IMG/VR virus record: IMGVR_UViG_3300050491_000011 | Source of the DNA: a virus | Taxonomy: Duplodnaviria > Caudoviricetes | DNA: 64,000 nt | Strand: one strand, 5' to 3' | Part shown: piece by piece, positions 18,252 to 26,306 of the stretch | Numbering within the stretch: the stretch's first letter is position 1 | Layout of the letters: every line of letters begins with the position of its first letter | Made by a program: the position numbers and the translations under genes | The notes under the pieces: generated by a model | Told to the model about the DNA's origin: nothing | Databases searched by the model: none | The model's input: the letters and a program-made list of their open reading frames with translations, nothing else

Positions 18252-19404
18252 AGGCACCGTCATTAAGGTGGGGCTTAGCCGCCTCACCTACGCTATCAGA
18301 CAAGCGGGTGACCTGCTTATCGCTGTTATCAGCGACGTACACCTCGGCCATAGCCGAGTCAAGTCTGCAAAGATTATCGATGTACTGGAGAAGACCTTCC
18401 ACGAAGCGCGCATGATTGCTCTGGATGTGATCATTATCTCCGGTGATCTGTTTGACAAGCGTCTGGCTTATGACAGCGATGACGCGTTTGTAATCACCCG
18501 GTGGATGGAACGGTTCCTGAGACTGGCTGCGAAACACAACGTAGCTATACGAATCCTTGAGGGTACGCCTAGCCACGACAACAGACAGTCCCGCTGGATG
18601 ATTCAGTACAACGAAATGATTGAGGCTAACGCCGACATCAAGTACTACGAGAACATCGTCATTGATGAACTCATCCCCGGTGGTCCGACTGTTCTGTATA
18701 TTCAGGATGAAGTGAACCACGACGCTAACAAGACCTGGAAGATGGTTCAGGAATTGATGCGGGAGCAAGGCGTAGATCAGGTAGACTTTGCCGTAATGCA
18801 CGGCATGTTCACTTATCAGGAGCCTGTACGCAGTATCTCGAGCCACCTTGAGGAACGGTACGAAGCAATCGTGCGCCACTTGATCATCATTGGTCACAAC
18901 CACCATCACACGACCAGTGGAAAGATTCGAGTACCATCTTCTACAGAAAGACTTAGGTTTAACGAAGAGGATGACAAAGGACATCTCCAGTTCTGCTATT
19001 CCCCAACGGATGGCGTTTACGATGAGTTCTTTGTGGTCAATGAAGAAGCAACACTCTTCACGACAATAGATGTAGTGGGCAAGACACTCAACCAAGTGAT
19101 CGCAACCCTCAAGAAACTCAATGGCAGCCCAGACGGTAGTTGGTTCCGTTTGAAGCTTAGCCGAAACGATGAGGCTTATACAGCCTTAACCCGAATAACC
19201 GTAGAGTTCCCGCAGTTCAACATCTCCACCAAAGTAGTGGATGGCGTTGGCGACCTCGATGTAGATGACACTGGATTGGTTGTTGAGACCGTGACCCTGA
19301 CTTCGATCAGGCCAGACACGCTCATGCAGCTTATCCTCCCACGTCTCGATGGTACGCCTGATGACATCATGAGGGAGATCGTGAAGGTGCTGGAGAAAGG
19401 CTAA
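18217..19404 (+). CDS. sbcD: SbcD/Mre11-like metallophosphoesterase nuclease
   Basis: Motifs SDVHLGH, SGDLFD, GTPSHD, HG and GHNH. Confidence 0.88.
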   Translation: MQDQTTTLSSTKGTVIKVGLSRLTYAIRQAGDLLIAVISDVHLGHSRVKSAKIIDVLEKTFHEARMIALDVIIISGDLFDKRLAYDSDDAFVITRWMERFLRLAAKHNVAIRILEGTPSHDNRQSRWMIQYNEMIEANADIKYYENIVIDELIPGGPTVLYIQDEVNHDANKTWKMVQELMREQGVDQVDFAVMHGMFTYQEPVRSISSHLEERYEAIVRHLIIIGHNHHHTTSGKIRVPSSTERLRFNEEDDKGHLQFCYSPTDGVYDEFFVVNEEATLFTTIDVVGKTLNQVIATLKKLNGSPDGSWFRLKLSRNDEAYTALTRITVEFPQFNISTKVVDGVGDLDVDDTGLVVETVTLTSIRPDTLMQLILPRLDGTPDDIMREIVKVLEKG

Positions 19405-19417
19405 CAGGAAGAGATAC

Positions 19418-20275
19418 ATGACCGTTGAGAATATTTCACGAGAGAAGCTGTCCGAAAGAGCCATGGGACAGTTTCCAATCTCCATTGCTACAAGTCTGGC
19501 AATTGAGTCTCTGGTCGGTATCCTTCCTGAGGCTCCTACGGACGCGCCTGAGATCTTCAAGCGCGACCTGCTACTGATCAACATCCGTACCCTTATCCGC
19601 AACCTACTGGGCTCTGTGGACAAGGAGGCACGCGCATTACTCGAAGAGTACACGATGGCTGAAGCCGTCAGTAACGAGATGCGTGTAATCGAAGAGATCA
19701 TCTCTGAGACTTCGGATGGTCGCTGTGAAGTGAAGTTCTATCACTGCACTTACGGTGATGTTCCACGCAAGTACAAGCAAGCGTTGTTGAAAGGTCCAAC
19801 CACAACAGCGCAACACATGTACTGGGCTCAGAAGAATCTGGTGATCAAGAATCTCCTGACTCAATTCGAGAGCGGTTCTCCTATTGAACAGTGGACAACT
19901 GACTTCCCGGACTTCAATTACAAGACAGTGCTTCTGACGCATTATCCGGTGGACCTGCTACAAAGGTATCGGTTCACCTCGCTAGCGCTCTTAGAATCGC
20001 ACACAGGGGCTATAAAGACACCTCTTATGTGGAACACGAAGTTAGTCAGTGGGAAGGAACATCCGAACCTTCCTTTTGACAAGATGACCTTGCAGATGTT
20101 TGGTGATGGGATTCTATTCAGCCCGATGCCTATCAAGATCCGCAAACGTGTTCTGGAGCTAGCCGAGACCTACAAATGGACTCCGGCTACCACTAAGGCT
20201 TTGATCATCGACTCAGCTGCGTCTCGGAAAGACCCAGCCTTGGAGATGTTGATCAAGGATCTCTATAGTGCGTAA
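19418..20275 (+). CDS. Conserved core protein, possibly a degenerate PIN/FEN (T4 RNase H-like) fold
   Basis: LLLINIRTL and VLLTHYPVDLL occupy positions resembling FEN strands; the fold call is an inference. Confidence 0.5.
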   Translation: MTVENISREKLSERAMGQFPISIATSLAIESLVGILPEAPTDAPEIFKRDLLLINIRTLIRNLLGSVDKEARALLEEYTMAEAVSNEMRVIEEIISETSDGRCEVKFYHCTYGDVPRKYKQALLKGPTTTAQHMYWAQKNLVIKNLLTQFESGSPIEQWTTDFPDFNYKTVLLTHYPVDLLQRYRFTSLALLESHTGAIKTPLMWNTKLVSGKEHPNLPFDKMTLQMFGDGILFSPMPIKIRKRVLELAETYKWTPATTKALIIDSAASRKDPALEMLIKDLYSA

Positions 20276-20340
20276 ATAGTTATGAATAGGGACAATGGAA
20301 TGTCCAGAAACCACATTCATCCTCCCTCAGGTGATTTTAC

Positions 20341-21153
20341 ATGTCGCAACAACCCGAAAAGAAACGCCGCGAACCAGAAGCCATTGACGACGGTAAACTC
20401 CGTCTGTACGGCGCTCCTCAAAAGGAAGGCGCACGTCAGACAATGATCCGGGTGAAGCTGGATTCGAACAACAACAACCCGATCATCGAGGTCGACTTCG
20501 GCTACAAGACCGAACCGAAAGCGGGCAAGTCTGAAGGCTTCCCTGTCAAGATCGATACGCCGATGGCGCCGATCCCTTTCCGTACCCTGATGAACCTGAT
20601 CGTCCGCGTTGCGAACTACAACGGCGAAGTGTCGTTCGAAGTCGACAACTGGGGCTTCCCATTCATGTGGGATGCGGATCAGCGTAAGAGCGTTCGTGCC
20701 AAAGAGAAGATGATCATCTCTCGCTTCCAAGTGGCCAAACGTGAAGACGGCGTTGTAACCTTCGGCATCACTGCCAAAGGCAAGCCAGACATGGTTCACG
20801 AGTTCAAATCTGACGAATACCACATGATCATGCAAAATGGTCAGCCGGTTGACGTGAAGATCTCCAGCCGTGAAGCAGCGATCGCTACAGCCGAAGCCTG
20901 GCTGGAAGTGTACTACGAGCGTTTCACTAACAAGTGGGAAGAGCCTGAGTACCAGAAGAAGCGCCGCCTGGAAAACATGCAGAAAGCTCAAGGTGGTGGT
21001 GGCGGTTACCAACAGCAGCGTCAGAACAATGGCGGCGGTGGTGGCAACTACAACAACAACCAACAGCAGCGTCCTCCTCAGCAACAGCAACAGCAATCTG
21101 CGCCGAACCTCGGCGACGGTGGCAACGGCTTTGACGACGATATCCCTTTCTAG
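20341..21153 (+). CDS. chmC: ChmC-like nuclear-shell-associated RNA-binding protein
   Basis: 270 aa; folded N-domain plus G/Q/N-rich disordered tail; directly upstream of the sigma-like subunit and picA as in PhiPA3/phiKZ. Confidence 0.7.
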   Translation: MSQQPEKKRREPEAIDDGKLRLYGAPQKEGARQTMIRVKLDSNNNNPIIEVDFGYKTEPKAGKSEGFPVKIDTPMAPIPFRTLMNLIVRVANYNGEVSFEVDNWGFPFMWDADQRKSVRAKEKMIISRFQVAKREDGVVTFGITAKGKPDMVHEFKSDEYHMIMQNGQPVDVKISSREAAIATAEAWLEVYYERFTNKWEEPEYQKKRRLENMQKAQGGGGGYQQQRQNNGGGGGNYNNNQQQRPPQQQQQQSAPNLGDGGNGFDDDIPF

Positions 21154-21162
21154 GGTCTGAGA

Positions 21163-21216
21163 GCATTTAGCGTTTGTGATACAGGGCCTCACAGCCTTGT
21201 ATCACGGGCTTTATGC
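21163..21216 (+). terminator. Hairpin GTGATACAGGGC-CTCACA-GCCTTGTATCAC with GCAT.../TTTATGC flanks
   Basis: Inverted repeat after the chmC stop. Confidence 0.7.
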
Positions 21217-21242
21217 CGCCTTAACGTAAAAATACACAGGCA

Positions 21243-21250
21243 TACATTAC
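21243..21250 (+). promoter_or_regulatory. TACATTAC putative early promoter for the sigma-like/picA operon
   Basis: Exact motif in the intergenic gap, followed by TTATTAG. Confidence 0.6.
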
Positions 21251-21293
21251 TTATTAGAGCAAGCACCATATAGTGACCAAGCGGAGTGTATTG

Positions 21294-22883
21294 ATGGAAT
21301 TCAGCATCACTGGATTTACCAAACGAAGTTTCTCAGCCGTCGCAGTTTCTCATCCCGGTGAAAACGATATCATCATCAATGCCGCAGGTTACGCTAACGC
21401 GAAACCCGGTGCAGTAAAGAATGATGAAGAGTTCGGAATGCGCGTCGAGCTGTTCAGCGAGATCAACGATCTCATCAGCCGTTATAGCAAGGGGGAACAA
21501 CAAAAGCTGTACGATTGCTACGCCCGCCTTGACACGGTGCTGGACTCGTACGGTACAGATGTGAAAGCCAGTGAGTTCATGGAGCTGTTGCAAGATATCG
21601 TTAAAGGTATCTTCGACATCGTGAAGTTCGAAGACCTGCGTGATTACCTGACCAGTAATAAGAACATCAAGTTCCCCGCAGAACTGGCTGACACTTACGT
21701 TACAGCAGATAAGATCACTCCGATCTACATGGAGCGTACTTATCTGAAACGGGAATACATCGATCTGGCAGCAGTGGCATTGGGCCTGCGGTGCATGATT
21801 CCTGTTTGGGGTGCTTTCCTTCCAATCGCTATAAAGGAAGAAGGGCCGAAGAAGAAGGAGTACGTTGCGTACAAGCTTCTGGATACCTGCCTGCTTAAGG
21901 AGTGTCCTGCATTCGATCGTCTGGAAACTTACGTTCGGGCAAACACTACCGAGATGGAACACGAGATGGCTATCATCTTCGAGTTCCTGTCATCTGAGGA
22001 GATCCCTGTCTTCTTGATGGCATTGGCATTGATCCGTAAGGTTTCGATTGCACCGTTGTCCGCTGAGACGGATAAGGATCACTTGATGAAGGTGGTCTTC
22101 AACTACGTCTGCGGTAACAACAACAGACTTCCAGCGGCATTCGGCGGTAACATCCGTTCGAAGATCGATGTGGAAGCAGCAACAGACGACAATAGTTCGG
22201 TCTGGTGCTACTACAAAATGAAGGAGCAGATCAGTACTGGCGACCTCTGCATCTTCCAGCTGTACATCACCGATTATCTTGAAGCGGCTCGCGCCATTGA
22301 TCAAGAGATCACCGACGAACAAACCGAGATGTGCGTAGCACGCGCGCAGAAGCTGGCACGGTTTGATCCGAATGACGCACAGATCGCTCTCTGCATCTGG
22401 GTAATGTCTACAGTGGTAGCAGGTTGTGCGATCGAGATGTTCGACCGTAACACTCTGTTCACGGCCATGGGTATCTCCCAGACCGTACTGTGGAAGTGGG
22501 GTTTCCATCAATTGGCAATCCTGCAAACAGCAGCTCCCGTCCAGATGGCTGACGACGAGATGATGACCCCGGTTCCTAGAACCAAGATCAGCGACGAGAA
22601 CATGAAACAACTGGAATACATCTATCCTTACACAATGCCGGAGAGCAAGAAGGATAGTGGTCAATCACCAAACGTTGGGGTACGTGGGGTAGAAGACGCG
22701 GCAAATGTATTCTTCAAGAACGAATGGGAACCTCAGTGCCCGCGCCAATTGGCAGCGAAGTTCGAAAGGTCAGACGTTACCCGGCGTCTCCAGGTTTCCA
22801 GTGACTTCCGCGATGAGCTGGCTGAGTTGTTTATCAAGCTGGACGGTTACGTACGTCACATCCCTATCCCGGTAATGGACTGA
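21294..22883 (+). CDS. Non-virion RNAP sigma-like promoter-specificity subunit (phiKZ gp68-like)
   Basis: About 530 aa, helical; lies between chmC and picA; ATG 21294 with GGAG SD (track start 21273). Confidence 0.72.
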   Translation: MEFSITGFTKRSFSAVAVSHPGENDIIINAAGYANAKPGAVKNDEEFGMRVELFSEINDLISRYSKGEQQKLYDCYARLDTVLDSYGTDVKASEFMELLQDIVKGIFDIVKFEDLRDYLTSNKNIKFPAELADTYVTADKITPIYMERTYLKREYIDLAAVALGLRCMIPVWGAFLPIAIKEEGPKKKEYVAYKLLDTCLLKECPAFDRLETYVRANTTEMEHEMAIIFEFLSSEEIPVFLMALALIRKVSIAPLSAETDKDHLMKVVFNYVCGNNNRLPAAFGGNIRSKIDVEAATDDNSSVWCYYKMKEQISTGDLCIFQLYITDYLEAARAIDQEITDEQTEMCVARAQKLARFDPNDAQIALCIWVMSTVVAGCAIEMFDRNTLFTAMGISQTVLWKWGFHQLAILQTAAPVQMADDEMMTPVPRTKISDENMKQLEYIYPYTMPESKKDSGQSPNVGVRGVEDAANVFFKNEWEPQCPRQLAAKFERSDVTRRLQVSSDFRDELAELFIKLDGYVRHIPIPVMD

Positions 22884-22923
22884 AAAGTTCAATCCCCTAG
22901 AGTATTAAGCACAGGAGTAATTC

Positions 22924-24513
22924 ATGGAACTTGTTAAACTTATCTTCGTGGAAACTGAAGGCAGCGACACTCCAGTCATTCGCCCTTACGAAACCTCGTT
23001 GAAGAAAGACGACCTCGATCTGTTTGCAAAGGCAACCGATGATGGTGCGAACCTCAGCACTATCCGGCTGGCCAAGGTTGTAGCTCCACTCCTCGGTCCA
23101 TCGAACCGCCGGCAGCACAAGTCCCACATCGCCAACGGCTGGTCCGAATCCCGGATCATGTTCGGCATGGTTGTTAAGGTGATGAACCGTGACAACGCCA
23201 GCACCTACGAGTATATCGTGGGCTATACCGACAACAGCGAACACGCCCGTCGTGGCGACACCGCGAAGTTCGATGCTGGCATGAAAATGTACTTCAATAA
23301 CATTACGAGGGTTCACATGCAGGAATCCCGTCACCGTAATGATAACATCTGGGTGCCGAAGATTCAGGCGCATGACCAGATCCTCCTGCGTTCCAGCCTG
23401 ACCGGTTCTGATCGTGGCACTACCCGTGGCGGCGATCGTCCAGTTACTCTGCGTCCTACCGACTTGTTCAAGCGCGGTGGTGCAGATGCGGCATTCGGGT
23501 CGTTCATGCGTGATAACGATTCGAACGTAAACAATACCGTTGGTTCGTTCAGCTCGGCTATCCGTGCATCGAACGTTGTCAACAACAGCCAGACCGCATA
23601 CGCGGCCCGTAACCTGAATGCGTGGATGCAGGCGAGTAATTCGCCTAACGATGCGTACGTTGGTGACGGTAATGATGAAGACACCATCCAGGCAGCTTCT
23701 GATCGTTTGGCAGAGAACTCTCTGGAACTCGATCCGTATCTGGAGCGTATCAAGCGTGATACCAATATTCTCCGTGAAGGTTGCATTACTTTCGGCGAAC
23801 TGATGGACATGAACGAAGACTTCGATGAAGATCGTCAGTTGATGTTCGTTCCGTTGGACAAGCGTAAGCGCGGTGGTTTCATCAACAACTCCGCATGGGG
23901 TGAAGATACCAACGAGGCAATCGCTGCGACCATCATCGCAAACTCCCTGCCCGGCATTCTGATCAACTCGATGTATTCGTCGGTATCTGGTCTGGTGCTG
24001 AACAGCCGTGCGCGCTTCGGCGAGTACAAAGTGGTCTGCTCTGAGCCAACTCCGTTTGCTCCAGGCATGTCGGTTAAGGCGAACTGGCCATACTTCGAAA
24101 GTCAGATCGAACACGTTCTGATGGAAGAAGTTGGTTGCGGTGGTGCGTTTGAGTTTGAAGCGTACATCGACGCGAACATCGACCAGTACATCAAGATCCG
24201 TATCCGGATGGATGGTGGTGAAGAAGCATCGTTCAACTTCCCAGCTTACGCGTCCAGTCTTCTGGCGCCTACGCAGGATAAAGACTTCAAGTCGCTGGAC
24301 AAAATGTCGAAAGGCGTTATCGATCTGGCTTCCGGTCTGTCGAACATGCGGATGTCTCGCGCAGGCATCGGGTCTCAAGAAGATGGTCTCAACACTGGCA
24401 GCGAAAGCCGCATCAAGTTGGGCGCCAGCAAAGAGCCTCGTTCTCGTGACAATGATTACAGAGCCGCTCCAGCAGCAGCCTCTGGCGATAAGAAAGGTGG
24501 TAAGGGCTGGTAA
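22924..24513 (+). CDS. picA: PicA/Imp1 phage-nucleus protein importer (phiKZ gp69-like)
   Basis: 529 aa; N-terminal ETEG...IRPY motif; synteny after the gp68-like gene. Confidence 0.72.
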   Translation: MELVKLIFVETEGSDTPVIRPYETSLKKDDLDLFAKATDDGANLSTIRLAKVVAPLLGPSNRRQHKSHIANGWSESRIMFGMVVKVMNRDNASTYEYIVGYTDNSEHARRGDTAKFDAGMKMYFNNITRVHMQESRHRNDNIWVPKIQAHDQILLRSSLTGSDRGTTRGGDRPVTLRPTDLFKRGGADAAFGSFMRDNDSNVNNTVGSFSSAIRASNVVNNSQTAYAARNLNAWMQASNSPNDAYVGDGNDEDTIQAASDRLAENSLELDPYLERIKRDTNILREGCITFGELMDMNEDFDEDRQLMFVPLDKRKRGGFINNSAWGEDTNEAIAATIIANSLPGILINSMYSSVSGLVLNSRARFGEYKVVCSEPTPFAPGMSVKANWPYFESQIEHVLMEEVGCGGAFEFEAYIDANIDQYIKIRIRMDGGEEASFNFPAYASSLLAPTQDKDFKSLDKMSKGVIDLASGLSNMRMSRAGIGSQEDGLNTGSESRIKLGASKEPRSRDNDYRAAPAAASGDKKGGKGW

Positions 24514-24553
24514 AGCCCTTTTCACAAAACCCTATTAATGACCACGGGAATCA

Positions 24554-25831
24554 GTGATGAGTGTAAGTAAGCTCGATCGAATGAATGCCTTCAATCGGAA
24601 GATCCTACTCGAAGTAGGCGTTTTCGAAGAAGAAGTTGATGATGGGCATCTGTCCTATCTGAAGGACGGTAAGCCGTCTCCAGTAACCTTGAACAAGACG
24701 CGCCTGTGCATTACTGTACAGCGTATCCTGAAAGAAGGTCTGGGTGAAGAACGTACCGGGTTCCAGCCTCTTGCTGAGCAGATCACCGAAGGTCCAAGTC
24801 CTGTACTGAACGCCTTCAAGAACTACATCGGTGAGCGCATCAAGGCAACGGTTCGCCATATCGGCCTGTCGTTGATGGAACTGGCATCCGACTCCAAGCG
24901 GCATAAAGGCATGTCTGCCAAGGCTTCCAAGTATCTGACCGCTCTGGCAGGTATTGGTGAAGTCGATGAAAAGACTGTCGATACCATGCGCAAGGTGTTC
25001 GATGCGGTAAGTCAGGTTCCTGAGAAGCACCTGATCTCCATTATCCTGAAGGCTAAGACCGACGACGGTAGTCTGCGTCAATCGTTCGTATCCTTTCCGA
25101 TCATGGATGAAGCCGATAGCGAAGAGACCGAAACCTTCTTTGGCGTGAAGATGCCACGGAAGACCAAGGACAAAGCGCTGATTGTATCGGTTCTCGAATA
25201 CATCCTGGGCGACGAGCCAGCTCGCAAGATGTACACCTCCGGCAGTAAGAACGGCAACTCGCCGTACTTCCACAGCCTGTTGTTGTCCTTCCACAAGCTG
25301 GCAACTCGGTTGAACGACATCCTCAACGTGCATTCGGCCAAGTGCCCATCGTTCGAAGAGCTGAAGTTCAATCTGGACTGGACCGACGAACTCGATAACT
25401 TCGACGACTTCGCGAAGGTTTGCAGCCGAGCAGTTCCTGCTCTGCCGGGTAACACCGGTAAGGAAATCGACGAAGAACGTTCTGCGTTCGAAGCAAGTGC
25501 AAGTGATGTTGGTGCCGATGATGATCTGCCGTGGAATGAACCTAAAGCCAAACTCAGCATCGGTAGCGATGACGAGAAGCGTCCGGCCGCTGGTTCGAGT
25601 TTCCGCGACACTGTTAACAGCTCTCGTTCGAGCCGTGATCGTGATGATGATCGCTCGGATAGCCGTTCGAATCATGGAAGCTTCCGTGACCTGATGGGTG
25701 GCAAGAGCCGTGACCGCGATCGTGATGATCGTGACAGCCGTCGTGAAAGCCCGAGCTGGCGCTCAGGCCGTGACCGTGACGACCGTGACCGTGATAGCGG
25801 CCGTGGTGGACGCGGTGGCCGTGGCTGGTAA
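24554..25831 (+). CDS. Conserved nucleus-block protein (phiKZ gp70-like position) with an RD/RS/RGG tail
   Basis: 425 aa; synteny; low-complexity C-terminus read directly. Confidence 0.7.
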   Translation: MMSVSKLDRMNAFNRKILLEVGVFEEEVDDGHLSYLKDGKPSPVTLNKTRLCITVQRILKEGLGEERTGFQPLAEQITEGPSPVLNAFKNYIGERIKATVRHIGLSLMELASDSKRHKGMSAKASKYLTALAGIGEVDEKTVDTMRKVFDAVSQVPEKHLISIILKAKTDDGSLRQSFVSFPIMDEADSEETETFFGVKMPRKTKDKALIVSVLEYILGDEPARKMYTSGSKNGNSPYFHSLLLSFHKLATRLNDILNVHSAKCPSFEELKFNLDWTDELDNFDDFAKVCSRAVPALPGNTGKEIDEERSAFEASASDVGADDDLPWNEPKAKLSIGSDDEKRPAAGSSFRDTVNSSRSSRDRDDDRSDSRSNHGSFRDLMGGKSRDRDRDDRDSRRESPSWRSGRDRDDRDRDSGRGGRGGRGW

Positions 25832-25837
25832 TTAGCA

Positions 25838-25882
25838 GCATAGAGAGGCGGGGACTTCCCCGCCTATTCTACTTTTCTTTTT
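25838..25882. terminator. Bidirectional terminator between convergent genes
   Basis: TAGAGAGGCGGGGA-CT-TCCCCGCCTATTCTA plus T tract. Confidence 0.8.
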
Positions 25883-25887
25883 GTCCC

Positions 25888-26229
25888 CTAACTAGCGTTC
25901 AGGCTAGTACGGTAGATTTGTTTAAACCGCGCAACCAAGGCCATGTCAGGCACGAGGATGTGGTTGATCGTTTCATCAATCTGGTGGATAGAGGTAAACC
26001 CGTTAACTCGCATCACCAGATAATGATCCTCAAGTGGTACGCTGTTCGCTAAAAGGAACTGCGTTAGGTCGAACCTGTAGAGATATCCAGTCTCAGGAGC
26101 TACCGGTACTTGACGGGTGGAATCCGATTCTCTGAAGTACATGATCAGAGAGTCTACGTACGTCCGATATTCTTGAGTGAGTGTGAAGCTTGAGGGAGAC
26201 GCTACGATCCACTTGGAGATGCCAGTCAT
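25888..26229 (-). CDS. Small LysM-like virion protein (T4 gp53 / P2 gpX-like baseplate component)
   Basis: YRFDLTQFL...HYLVMRVNG...ILVPD resembles the LysM-type wedge motif. Confidence 0.5.
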   Translation of the reverse strand: MTGISKWIVASPSSFTLTQEYRTYVDSLIMYFRESDSTRQVPVAPETGYLYRFDLTQFLLANSVPLEDHYLVMRVNGFTSIHQIDETINHILVPDMALVARFKQIYRTSLNAS

Positions 26230-26256
26230 GTGCTTACCTATAAAAGTCTTGAGTTA

Positions 26257-26264
26257 TACATTAC
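26257..26264 (+). promoter_or_regulatory. TACATTAC putative early promoter for the nvRNAP beta/beta' genes
   Basis: Context GAGTTATACATTACCGAAATAGAATCT is nearly repeated at 60733. Confidence 0.62.
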
Positions 26265-26306
26265 CGAAATAGAATCTCAGCCCAAAGTAATAAGGAGACC
26301 GATTGA

